From Octopus vulgaris (lineage: Eukaryota): DNA of 64,000 nt. Where the stretch lies: NCBI GenBank assembly GCA_951406725.2, contig OX597823.1, positions 83,452,001 through 83,516,000 on the forward strand, read 5' to 3'. Made by a program: the position numbers and the translations under genes. Positions within the stretch are counted from its first letter, which is position 1. Each line of letters starts with the position of its first letter. This document shows positions 13,222 to 25,007 of this stretch, in pieces. A model generated the notes under the pieces. The model ran no database searches. It saw only the letters and a program-made list of their open reading frames with translations, and was not told the origin of the DNA.

Positions 13222-15210
13222 GGGATTTTTTCCTTTTGAACGGCAATTTTCAACACAATTTCTAGTTAACTAAACACTTTTAAACTTCGTATACTGGTAG
13301 AATTTGTCAAAATAAAACATTTTTTTCTCTTGGCTTTCTTGAGAAAATTGTAATTTGTAAGTTTAACGTAGTTTAATTTTTCGAATTTTAACCAATCGAT
13401 TGCCTCTATTTAGCTAAAATCATTTGCTGCATCTAAAACTGAGACAACATCCTGTCACTAACCTTCACCCTCACTCTAACCCTAAATTTTAGCCCTTCGT
13501 CTTTTTTCTTAATTGTTAAATTAATTTAATTGTTACGCGTTTTGTTTTTGTTTTGAGTTTTAGTCTTTCGTTTTTTTTCTTAATTGTTAAATTAATTTAA
13601 GGATAGCAATCAAGAAAAAAAAAACGAAAGGCTAAAACGAAAGCAATGGAAAATAATTTTAATTTAACAATTAAGAAAAAAAAACGAAAGGCTAAAACGA
13701 AAGCAAAAACTCAAAACAAAAACAAAACGAATAATTTTAGACACACGCGTAACAATTAAAATAATTCTATAATTTTATACACACGCTATACACACGCTTT
13801 CCGTATATCTCTCTCTATATAAACGGCAGTTTGTCTGTCTGTGTGTCTGTCAGGTTGTACCCTCACCCTGACCACGGCTTTCAACCGATTCTGATGAAAC
13901 TTGACACACGCATAGCCCAATGTCATAATTCAAAACTAACGCAGCGAAAATTTTTTTAAATTCCCCCAGTTCTGAAAATAATCGATAAATTCGACATGGG
14001 GTCGAGAATCTAAGCTTTTTATATGCAACACATTTTCTGTTGTAGTTTTCGCAACTTGCAATCGATTTTCACCAAACTCATGGTGAAGCTTAATGTTACC
14101 CTAAGAAACTTAATTCTGATGTTAGTTTTCCATGCAATACCTTACCATCAGAAAAAATCGATAAAATCATGCCATTTTGGGAAATCGCGTTCAAATTCAA
14201 GATGACATCTTTTCGACAATATCTTTCACAAATTGGCAGGAGTTTTTTTAAAATTCACAGCGAGCATCATGTCTGCTCCAAGGAGTTATATGGCCCTTTT
14301 TATTCCAATAGGATACTTTATTACTGGAAAAAATCGGTTAATTAAATCATATGTGGCACACATAGCAAACCGATTTGTGTATTAAACACAAACTGTCTAG
14401 GGGACACAACTCGACCTTTTTATCGCCCAAAGGGACAGCTAGGAACAGTCGTATACACAGAAGTATTGGAGTGAAGAGAAGACATTGCATCCTACACATG
14501 CGCCTTCGTTCCGTAGAGGGAAAGGACTAGATTGGGATTAGTCGTTGCCTACTAGGGGCTCTTACATACCCGGGCTATGCAGCTAGTTCTGTATAAATAG
14601 CTGTTTACGTAAACATAAGTGACAGGATGTTGTCTCAGTTTTAGACGGAGCAAATGATTTTAGCTCAATAGAGGCGATTCATTGGTTAAAATTCGAAAAA
14701 TTAAACTACATTAAACAAACAAATTACAATTTTCTCAAGAAAGCCAAGATAAAAAAATGGGATCTTTTCCTTTTGAACGGCACTTTGTAACATAATTTCT
14801 AGGTAACTAAAAAGTTTTAAACTTCGTATACTGGTAGAATGTGTTTATAAAACATAATTTTCTCTTGGCTTTATTGAGAAAATTCTATAGTTTGTAACAT
14901 ATTTCGTCTTTAATTTCGAGCATTTCGGCAATTTTAACCAATCGCTGACGTCCATTTAGGTAAATAACATTCTGTGCATAATGAATATGTCCCGCCTTTA
15001 AGAAACAGATTGGGTTTATTTACATTTGTGAAGAAAAAAGATACCCTTCCCCAACCCCTACCCCTAAATCTAAAATAGATTGAAATGCAATAGATCGATA
15101 CTTGGGCCATAATTATGGGTAACATTTTCATTTGACACCGCTAGAAAAAAATCCTATTTTCCGTAGCGGTGTGGTATGAAATTGTCACCCATAATTATAA
15201 CCCTAGTATC
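13222..15210. mobile_element. Nested GG-terminal MITE-family copies with internal inverted repeats
   Basis: GGGATYTTTTCCTTTTGAACGGCA starts at 13222 and 14759. 13320-13460 is inverted at 14620-14755. The internal sequence is shared with the 39199 and 40086 MITEs. Confidence 0.65.
13808..14586 (+). mobile_element. Helitron-like element nested in the MITE
   Basis: The 5' ~200 bp match 413-630. Ends CCCGGGCTATGCAGCTAG. Confidence 0.7.
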
Positions 15211-15239
15211 TATCTATCTTTCTTAACTAGTATTAACTA

Positions 15240-16500
15240 TTGTCACCTTGCAGCTTACATAACCGTCGTTTTTATAAACCGCTCCAACTGTGACCGCCAT
15301 TCTTTTCAAAGCCTTACAACTGTGGCTATCAACACTTTTAAAAGTTTTCTAAATGTAATCATACGGTTTTTTAAAAAGCGCTTTAAATGTGACCATGTCG
15401 ACTCTTTTAAAAACTTACAACTGACAATGCTATCTTCTAAAAAAAAGCGCCCCAACAGTGACCATCCATTAAAAAAATATTATAACCATGATTAAACTTC
15501 TTTTTTTTATTTAAACGCAGTCCATCTATGACCGTCCACGCTTTTTAAAACCCGATAACCGTAACAATAAAGTCTGGCTATGTTTGGAATGTAAGATGGT
15601 TGGTTATAGTTAGAATGCTGTTAAAAAAATATCCAGGTGAGATCAGTTGGTATACTTTAAAACGAATGGATGGTCACAGTTGGACCACTTTTTAAAAACT
15701 CTGACCATACACTTTTTAAAATCTTATGACTGTGTGCACGTATCTTTAAACGTGAGGATATGAATGCCGAGAGGGTGTCTAGCGCCAACTACATAACGCA
15801 ACTACATAAAAATCGAATGTGTATTCGTGCGATATACTACTTGCTATGCAGTCATGCGTGACGAGTGTTGTATTTTTAATACAACATTATAAGCAACAAA
15901 TAAACTGACAATGCCATGTTTTTTTAAAAGCGCTCCAACTGTGTCTATCCGCTCTAAAACCTCGTAGCCGTAACAATAAAGTATTTTTTAAAAGCGCTCC
16001 AACTTTGATTACCACAGTTTTTGAAAGCTTATAATCGTGACTATGCCAACTATGCCAACTATGCCCACCAACTCATTTAAATGTCCTTTAACAGAGACCA
16101 CACCGTCCTTTTTAAACGCTCTCCTACTGTGACCATATTGTCTCCTGTAAAAGGCGCCCCAACAATGACCATCAACTCTTAAAACCTGTAATGGTTAAAG
16201 TTTCGTTTCGTCTTTCAAAAGACGTTCTATATGTGACCATCCACTCCTTTTAAGAACTTACAATTAACAAATGGCATCCACACTTATTGAGAATCTTATA
16301 ACCGTTACCGTACCGTCTTAACCATTCTGTCTCTTTTAAACGCGCTCCAATTGTGACTGTCTCCTCGTATTCAAGCATTATAATAGTGTCTATACCGTCT
16401 TTTAAAACCTTATAACTGAGAAAATAATACCTGTTTTTAAAAAGTAGTCCAACTGTGACCATCGATTCTTTTTAAAGCATACCAACTGATCACCTGGATA
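15240..16500. repeat. Degenerate minisatellite array (GCGCTCCAACTGTGACCATCCAC-like core)
   Basis: The core recurs many times at irregular ~55-60-bp spacing. Paralogous array at 19230-20060. Confidence 0.7.
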
Positions 16501-16567
16501 TTTTTTTACAGCTTTGTAACCATGACCATCTCGCATTGCAAACATAGCCATCTCGTCTTTTTTAAAC

Positions 16568-16659
<92 letters not shown>

Positions 16660-17133
16660 TCCGTTTTTTTTCTCCTTTTGTTAATTATTAGGTAATATAT
16701 AGTCGAGAGTATACTTTGCCTGTGAAGTAAAGATGGGATGGCATGGATGGAATACTTTTAATCATAAGTCTCAGTTGGATTCAAAACCAACCTGTCTATA
16801 AATTATCGGCTTAACTACAGGACTGCAAATCCCCATCGCGATTTTCGTTTATTATTTATTTTTTTAAAATTTCACTTGTATCAGTCATTGGACTGCGGTC
16901 ATGCTGGAGTCCTGCCTTGAAGGGTTTTAACCAAATGAAGCAACTCCGATAAGTGCGGGTGTTTTTTTTTTTTTCGTATTTTTACTCTTAAGTTTGGTGC
17001 TTAATCTATCAGTAAGTCTTTGCCGAACCGCTAAGTTACGGGTGACGTAAACAGACCAGCACTAGTTGTCAAGCGGTGTTGGCGGACAAACACGCATATA
17101 TATATATAATGTGTGTGTGTGTGTGTATATATA

Positions 17134-17202
<69 letters not shown>

Positions 17203-17208
<6 letters not shown>

Positions 17209-18065
17209 TTAATAAGGGTGAGAGAATTAGATACTAATTTAATAGTATATCTATTCTACACCAAGTGGCCTAGTGCTCCGAGAAACCTGGATTATTATAA
17301 TATTTTATAATATATTATAATATTTTTACAAAATAAATATAAGAGAGTGGTCACTATATGGCTCACTCTAGCACCAGTTAATCCAAAAGGTTTCAACCAC
17401 AAAAATACATGCTTCCCATGAAAGTCAGTACGATTGTTAGCTCACACGGACAGGGCAAATAAAAAATAACAAAATACAGATTATTTTGGGACAATTGTTT
17501 CGCTATTAATGAATTAAATGTAATTTTACTTACAATAAAATCCACTTGTAGCTCTTCAGCCAAAACTATCTGGATGAAATCCACTCAATCACACGCCAGA
17601 TTTTACCATAACGATAAATACGCGTGTGGTTCAATTGATTACATCCGACGTTATAATTCAAATGCCCCAACTAACAGCGCGCCAAACTTTCACGGAAAAC
17701 AAATACAGCATTTAGAAATAAATGCAGCATAATTATAATTAATTAATAAGGGTGAGAGAATTAGATACTAATTTAATAGTATATCTATTCTACACCAAGT
17801 GGCCTAGTGCTCCGAGAAACCTGGATTATTATAATATTTTATAATATATTATAATATTTTTACAAAATAAATATAAGAGAGTGGTCACTATATGGCTCAC
17901 TCTAGCACCAGTTAATCCAAAAGGTTTCAACCACAAAAATACATGCTTCCCATGAAAGTCAGTACGATTGTTAGCTCACACGGACAGGGCAAATAAAAAA
18001 TAACAAAATACAGATTATTTTGGGACAATTGTTTCGCTATTAATGAATTAAATGTAATTTTACTT

Positions 18066-18068
<3 letters not shown>
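17203..18068 (-). mobile_element. HHR-bearing non-coding tandem element (534-bp unit, ~1.6 copies) inserted in (TA)n
   Basis: 17203-17535 is repeated exactly at 17737-18069, with (TA)n on both sides. Shares AATAAGGGTGA...ACACCAAGTGGCCTAG with 53787-54845. Confidence 0.8.
17484..17565 (-). ncRNA. Type I hammerhead ribozyme, canonical core
   Basis: Minus strand UUUUGG-CUGAAGA-GCUA-(43 nt)-UAGC-GAAA-CAAUUG-UC-CCAAAA: 6-bp stem I, 4-bp stem II, palindromic stem III, GUC triplet. Confidence 0.85.
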
Positions 18069-18106
<38 letters not shown>

Positions 18107-18814
18107 TGGTGGAGCTCCAGCATGGCCATAGCTTTAGGGATGAACCGTATAAATGAATAAAAGAATATAGGTGTGTGTGTATAAGATGTGTTCCTTTTAG
18201 TTTCTCATCCAAACCAATTTTCAAGGATTTTCTTCGGCCCGGGACCGTAGTAGAAAACACTTGCCTAAGGTGCCATGCAGTAGGAGTGAACACAAAAACA
18301 TGTTGTTGGGAAGGAAATTTATTAACACATATCCATGCCCACGCATGATTATATCAACAAAATTTTGTTCAGAAAATCAACAAAAAACCATGCCTTGAAT
18401 TCAGCCGGAATCTAGGTTTAATTAAATAATTGAGGGTATATTTTTTCTCTTACATCCGTTCCGTGTTATGTGACTGATGTGAAAGGAATCGTAAAAATAT
18501 AATGAGAAAGAGCTCGGAATTTGGGGTGGGTGGCAGTAAATTGTAAAGCAATTCTTTCACAGAGAGACACGACCACCAAATTCCTTTGACCCTTTCCTTC
18601 TTCATGAGGTAATAGGTGTAATAGTAAAAATTTACCTGAGTGACTGTTTATAGTTATTTTTCTTTGTCGTGAAATACTTATAATTTAATGGAATTCGTGA
18701 GAAAGTACAAGAGCCTAGTAATTTGGTTGTTGAGTTTCATGAACAGAATGGAGGGTCTCATTCCTGCACACGTGAAGATGTGAGGACCGAGAGAGTGTCT
18801 AGCGCCTACTACAT

Positions 18815-19074
18815 AAAAATAAATAAATGCGCCCTTTTAAACCCAGCCAAGCTCATGGGCCCGGTTTCCCGGTTTCATTGGGGGTATGTGTTCCCTAGCT
18901 GGACGGGACGCCAGTCCATCGCAGCGTCACTCATTTTTGCCAGCTGAGTGGCCTAGAGCAACGTGAAATGAAGTGTTTTGCTCAAGAACACAACGCATCG
19001 CCCGGTCCAAGAATCGAAACTACAATCTTACGATCATGATACTGACACCCTAACCACTAAGCCACGCGCCTCCA
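18815..19074 (-). mobile_element. tRNA-derived SINE with flanking duplication CTACTACATA
   Basis: A and B boxes on the minus strand. It interrupts a block that is continuous at 23540-23580. Confidence 0.8.
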
Positions 19075-19229
19075 CATATCGTCTACTACATACGCGCCTA
19101 AAACAAGTGAATGTTTGTTGGTGTGATACACTGCTTGCTATGCAGTCATGCGTGGCGAGCGTTGTATTTTAAATGAAATATGGAATTGTAGATTATAAGC
19201 AACAGGTAAACTCAATGCTATCTCTTTTT

Positions 19230-20060
19230 TTAAAACAAGTGCTCCAGCCGTGGCCATCCATTTTGAAACCTTACAACTATGACCATATAATCTTTTATAA
19301 AAAGCGCAGTACTGTGACCATCCATGCTTTTTAAAATCTTATAACCATAACAATAGTCTTTTCAAATAGATGTTCCAGCCGTGACCATCCACACATTTAA
19401 AAAACCTTATAACCGTGACAGAATCTTTTTAAAAGACGCTCTCTGACCGACCACCCCTTTAAACCATACCGTCGTTTGTAAAAGGCGCGCCAGTAGTGAC
19501 CATCCACTCATTGAAGACCTTATGACCGTAACCATAGTATATTTTAAAAGACTGTAACCATCCACTCCTTTTGAAAACTTAACTGACAAATGGCAGCTTT
19601 AAAGAAAACGCTCCAATTCTGACCATCCATTCTGTTTTATATCATAAACATAAACCGTTTTTTAAACGCGGTCTGTGACCATTTACACTTACTGAAACCT
19701 TATAATCGTGACAATAGTCTTTTATAAAGGCGCTCCAACTGTGACTATCCATTTTTTCAAATCGGATAACCGTCGTCATAAAAAGCGCTCCAACTGTGGC
19801 CATCCACTGTTAATAGTGACTACACCGTGCGATCATGCACTCTTTTAAAAGTCTTGTAATTGTGATCATACTTTTTAAAGCCTTACAACTAACCATTGTC
19901 TCTTTTAAATGTGCTCCAACTGTGACCATCCACTCGTATTCAAGTTTTATAACTCTGATCATACCGTCTTTTACAACCTTTTAACTGTGAACATATTGTT
20001 TTTAAAAAGCGCTACAACTGTGACCATCTAATCTTTTTAAAGTATACCTACTGATCACCT
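19230..20060. repeat. Degenerate minisatellite array, paralogue of 15240-16500
   Basis: Recurring GCGCTCCAACTGTGACCATCC and CCTTATAACCGTGAC motifs. Confidence 0.7.
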
Positions 20061-20263
20061 GGTTATTGTTGTATAGCTTTCCAACCATGACCGCCCCACA
20101 TTCCAAACATAGCGATCTTGTCTTTTTTAAAGCCAAACACGCAGTCCCGTTTTTACCTTTTGTTAATTATTACGTAATATATAGTCGAAAGTATACTTTG
20201 CCTGTAAAGTAAAGATGGAATGGCATGGATGGAGTACTTTCGAACATAGGTCTCCGTTGGATG

Positions 20264-20479
20264 AAGGCGGCGAGCTGGCAGAAACGTTAGCACGTCGCGT
20301 CTGCCGTTACGTTCTGAGTTTAAATTCCGCCGAGGTCGACTTTGCCTTTCATCCTTTCGGGGTCGATTAAATAAGTACCAGTTACGCACTGGGGTCGATA
20401 TAATCGACTTAATCCGTTTGTCTGTCCTTGTTTGTCCTCTCTATGTTTAGCTCCTTGTGGGTAGTAAAGAAATAGGTAT
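20264..20479 (+). mobile_element. Nin/Deu-domain SINE
   Basis: Head AAGGCGGCGAGCTGGCAGAAACGTTAGCAC followed by the Nin-like body. Confidence 0.85.
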
Positions 20480-20977
20480 CAGTTGGATTCAGAACTAACC
20501 TGTCTTTAAATAAATGTCTTAACTACAACACTGAGCAAATCCCCTTTTCGACGTTGATTTATATTTTTTCTCAAATTTCGCTAGTATCACTGATTGGACT
20601 GCGGTCATACTGGAGCACCGCATCGAAGAGTTTAACCGAACAAATCGACTTCGGTAATTATTTGTTTTTCGTTGTTTTTCTTTTCTCTGAAGTTTGGTGC
20701 TTTTTCTGTCGGAAACTCTTTGCCGAACCATTAAATTACGGTTGCCACTGGTTTTCAAGCGGTTGTGGGGGAAAAAAACCATAAATATGTCTCCCTGTTT
20801 ATGTGTGTGTATGTGTGTGTGTGCGTGTAGGAGAAATTTAATCATAACTAATTCTGACTGAGGGTGCTGAATCGCATCTATATTGCTAGAAATAAGAGTT
20901 AAAACCCTTCAAAGTGCATAAACGCACATTTATATACACTGACAGGGGGAGATAACCGCCACATGAGCAAAGATGGA

Positions 20978-21025
20978 AACAGCGGACTAGTTTCGCCTGT
21001 TAATCGCAGGCTCCTCAGCAGTGTT
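20978..21025 (-). ncRNA. Minimal type I hammerhead ribozyme
   Basis: Minus strand AACACUG-CUGAGGA-GCCUG-cgauuaa-CAGGC-GAAA-CUAG-UC-CGCUGUU: perfect core, 5-bp stem II, palindromic stem III, GUC triplet, stem I with one C-C mismatch. Confidence 0.8.
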
Positions 21026-21214
21026 GCTCGGATCGTTCAGCTAAAACCACTGACAGTCTTTATGTTTACCATATAAAATTTATGGCTGATTTAGCGAAAT
21101 GCTTATATGTATACTAAAAATTAAGGCGATCCTTCGGTATAAGTACACATGCGACTTTGTTTACATTTCTGAAGAAAACAGAAACCCTTTTCTCCCACCC
21201 CTAACGCTAAACCC

Positions 21215-21271
<57 letters not shown>

Positions 21272-21339
21272 CAAACACTTTCTTGAAATGTATCCGGTAC
21301 TTATACCGAAGTTACGCCAAAATTAATATAAGCAGCTAA

Positions 21340-21686
21340 GCGCAAACTCTGAGCACCTCTTCAAACTCCACCCATCTAACACCCGTGGACATATTTACAA
21401 AGTAAGAAAACAGCACAGCTCCCATGACTTCAGGAAACATTTTTTCACGCTGAGAGTTGCTGAAGCGTGGAACAAACTGCTGGCATCGGTTGTTAGTTGT
21501 CGGAGCACTGCATCCTTCAAAACTTCCATGCTTCCTGAGATTCGCCAACACTATACTTGATACACACACAAGCATGTTCACTTTCCAGACATTTCTACAT
21601 TACTGCATGTACTTTATATGCACTTTCTGACAAGTTGTGGTGCACCTGAGCACTGTATACAATAATTTCATTATTATTATTATTAT
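21340..21686 (+). mobile_element. CR1-like LINE 3' end
   Basis: Translates to ...TRGHIYKVRKQHSSHDFRKHFFTLRVAEAWNKLLASVVSCRSTASFK, the CR1 ORF2 C-terminal pattern, followed by an (ATT)n tail. Confidence 0.75.
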
Positions 21687-22638
21687 AAATTCATAACGGA
21701 AAAATTTAATCTTCACTAATTGTGCCTGAGGGTTCTGAATCGCACCTATATTACTAGAAATAGAAGTGAAAGCCCAGAAGCTGCATTAACGCACATTTGG
21801 TTTGGTCGGTCTGGGGCTATAGAAGAAGACTTGCAAAGGTACCTATCGGTGGGACTGAACTCGGAGCCATGTGGTTGTGAAACAAATTTCTTACTACACA
21901 GCCATGCCTGTGTGCATGATGCCAACAGAATTTAGAAAAGAAAAATAACAAAAGCTCGTGGTATGAATTCAGAGCTAGTGTCAAAATAAATAAATGGGTA
22001 TTTTATTTTTCTGTTACACTTGTCATATGAGATGGGTGTAGAAGAAATTGTAAAAAACTAACCGAAAATGAGCACGGAATTCGGGGTGGGTGAAACTTTA
22101 TGTCAAAAAAAAAAAAAAAATTCTTTCAGAGAGGGGAACAACCACCTAATTTCTTGCGCTTTTCCTTCTCCATGAAGTAGGGATAGCAGTTCCCGAAGTC
22201 CGTCGACAAGAGGGCATACCTATACAATTGTGCCCCGCCGCTTTTGTTTTCTTACAACTTCTAGGAAAATGAATATTTTTTCTCTTTTTAATGAAATTGT
22301 TTACAGATAATTTTCAGATGGGAGAAGATTGCTATTATATCGGTATTTAATATGAAATTTTTTTCGCAGGGTAGCGCGGGGAGTTTCGGAAATTTCACAA
22401 AAATCAGTTTTGTTGCCTCATATCTTTTAGAAAAATGGGTAGTTTTTAAATGACATTTTCTACAAAAACTTTTCAGAGTCAATTACAATTATATAAGAAT
22501 TTAATATGAAAAAGAAAACTCCTGCACTCGTTCGTACCCATACATATTGATACATCACAATATTTTGTTTCTCCGAAATTTTAAGTTTCATTTTGTAGAC
22601 ATATTTTATATGTGTCGCTATATATGTGTACTTTTTTG

Positions 22639-23071
22639 GGCAATCTTTCGTCTCTAGTAGACCTTTCCGTCGATTTCCGTAAAAAAATTTTTTTTTTTAT
22701 ATATGGGCTTGCGGGAACTTTTGAAGTAATGAGAGCGAAAGAGACTAAGAGAAAGCGATTGTATGACGAGGGAAGTTCTTTTGAAGTTACCGTGCATGTG
22801 AAGCATTGATGTACATGTGTGTGTGTGCGTGTGTGTGTGTTTGATGGGGTGTGGGAGACAGATAGTATGTTGTGTAAGTGAAGTGCTTCTGTTAGTGTGT
22901 GTGAAGAGACAGAGAGAGTAATGTGTGAAAGAAAGAGATAACTGAAATTTTTTACTCGGTGTATGTGTATATGTATGTATATTACTTCAAAAGTTCCCGC
23001 AAGCCCATATGTAAAAAAAAAGAAATTTTACGGAAATCGATGGAAAGGTCTACTAGAGACGAAAGATCGCC
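22639..23071. mobile_element. GG-terminal MITE, copy of 10671-11097
   Basis: Same TIRs and body, TSD CTTTTTTG/CTTTTTTT. Confidence 0.85.
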
Positions 23072-23723
23072 CTTTTTTTTTTTCATATTTAATTCCGATA
23101 TAATCGTAATCTACATATTTTGAAAGGTATTTGTTAAAGATTTCATCAAAATTATCCGCTTCTTTGAAAGTTGACAAAGCAAAGTCGATTCATTTTCTGT
23201 AGTTCTATCGACACAAATTCCAATATAATCAGAATTTGCATCATCTGAAGCGTATTTGTAGAAAAATTCGTTAAGAAATATCCATTTTTCCGGAATTTAT
23301 GAGGAAACAAGGTTGAAGCGGCGGGGAGCACACTTGTGTAGGTATGCCAATCAGTTTGGTGACAGGTGTAATAGTAAAAATTAACCTGAGTAGGTGTTTA
23401 TAACAGGTTTTCTTTGTCATGAAGTATTTATATTTTAATAGAATTAGTGAGAAAATACGTAACCTAGTAATTTGGTTGTTGAGTGGATGAACACAATGGA
23501 GGGTCCCATTCCTGCACATGTGAAGATGTGAGGACCGAGAGGGTGTCTAGCGCCTACTACATACGCACCTAAAACAAGCGAATGTTTGTTGGTGATATCC
23601 TGCTTACTATATAGTCACACCTTACGTCTGTTATATTTTAAATCAAATCTGGAATTGTTGGTCACATGGCAGGTAGACAATTTTCTTTTGTATATTTCCT
23701 GGTGACTTACAAGTTTCTTTCTG

Positions 23724-23892
23724 AATTACGTAATTTCTTTGATGTTTTGGGTTTTCTAATAGTTTGGGGAAATACTATTTCTCATGTTATCTTCTCAGCC
23801 TGAGTGAGTTATCGTTACGTCACTGCTTTGACAGTAGTAACTACTTTGACACCTGGACTATTTAAACACATCGCCCAGTACTTTTTTAGTGT
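23724..23892 (+). promoter_or_regulatory. Candidate core promoter of the p38-like gene
   Basis: TATTTAAA at 23859-23866 with an Inr-like TTAGT whose A (23888) lies 29 nt downstream. bZIP-type TTACGTCA (23815) and palindromic AATTACGTAATT (23724). Confidence 0.5.
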
Positions 23893-23936
23893 GAACAACT
23901 AATTGTAAAAGTGCTGGAAAGAGAGAAACAGATACG

Positions 23937-25007
23937 ATGGCCGTTATCCCATCGTGCTTCCAACTCACTGAAGAATTCGGTATTAAATGGATTCACCCAG
24001 ACTATTACAGTTGTTTGGAATATATAGGAGGAGGCAGTTTCAGTAACGTGTCATTTGCTCATAACAAACTTACTGAATCGAAGGTGGCCATTAAGCAACT
24101 GTATCGGCCTTTCTCTTCGTTGACTACAACTAAACGTACATACCGCGAGGTTTGCTTGCTAAAACACATGAAACACAAAAATGTTATCGATCTGGTCGAT
24201 ATATTTACAACAGCAATATGTAAAAATGACTTGGATAATCTCTACCTCGTTTCCACATTCTATCCGAAAGATTTGAAAACGATGTTGAAAAGCGAGGAGA
24301 TGGGGTTACCCCTCATCAAGTCCCTGGTCTACCAAATATTCTGTGGACTCTATTATATTCATTCAGCCGGGGTCATCCACCGTGACTTAAAACCCAACAA
24401 CATCGGTGTTACGTCTGATAATTGCATCAAAATTATGGATTTTGGCCTGGCCCGACAGGTCAGTCTTAAAATGACGGGTTATGTGCAAACCCGATGGTAC
24501 CGAGCTCCAGAAATAATCCTTAACTGGGAAAAATACAATCAGACAGCCGATGTGTGGTCTGTGGGTTGTATCCTGGGTGAAATGTTAACAAAACAAGCTG
24601 TGATTCGAGGGCATAATTTCAATGACCAGGTAAAGCAGATATTATGTCTAGTCGGAACACCGGATTATGAAATGCTAAAGAAATTTACCAGTGAAGATGC
24701 TATGGATAGGATTAAACAATTCGGAACCTTTGTAAAACAAGATTTCTCAACTTTTTTTAATACCACAGATGAAGATACACTTAATCTTTTGGATCAAATA
24801 TTTAATTTAGATGTAGATAACCGAATCTCTGTGGACGATGCAATGAAACATCGTTTCTTCGAGGACCATTTCCAAAAGACTGACTGTAAGCATGCGCCAA
24901 ATTTTTGTGACAGATTTTGCGATATTGAATTGAACCAAATGGAATGGTTAGGACTTATTTACGAGGAAATCAAAGACTTCAACTCTAATACACAAACACA
25001 CACATAA
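23937..25007 (+). CDS. Intronless divergent p38-family MAP kinase (MAPK11-14-like), 356 aa
   Basis: Uninterrupted ORF with GGGSFS loop, VAIK, REVCLLKHMKH, HRDLKPNN, DFGLAR, MTGYVQTRWYRAPE and DVWSVGCI. TGY is diagnostic of p38. Confidence 0.95.
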   Translation: MAVIPSCFQLTEEFGIKWIHPDYYSCLEYIGGGSFSNVSFAHNKLTESKVAIKQLYRPFSSLTTTKRTYREVCLLKHMKHKNVIDLVDIFTTAICKNDLDNLYLVSTFYPKDLKTMLKSEEMGLPLIKSLVYQIFCGLYYIHSAGVIHRDLKPNNIGVTSDNCIKIMDFGLARQVSLKMTGYVQTRWYRAPEIILNWEKYNQTADVWSVGCILGEMLTKQAVIRGHNFNDQVKQILCLVGTPDYEMLKKFTSEDAMDRIKQFGTFVKQDFSTFFNTTDEDTLNLLDQIFNLDVDNRISVDDAMKHRFFEDHFQKTDCKHAPNFCDRFCDIELNQMEWLGLIYEEIKDFNSNTQTHT

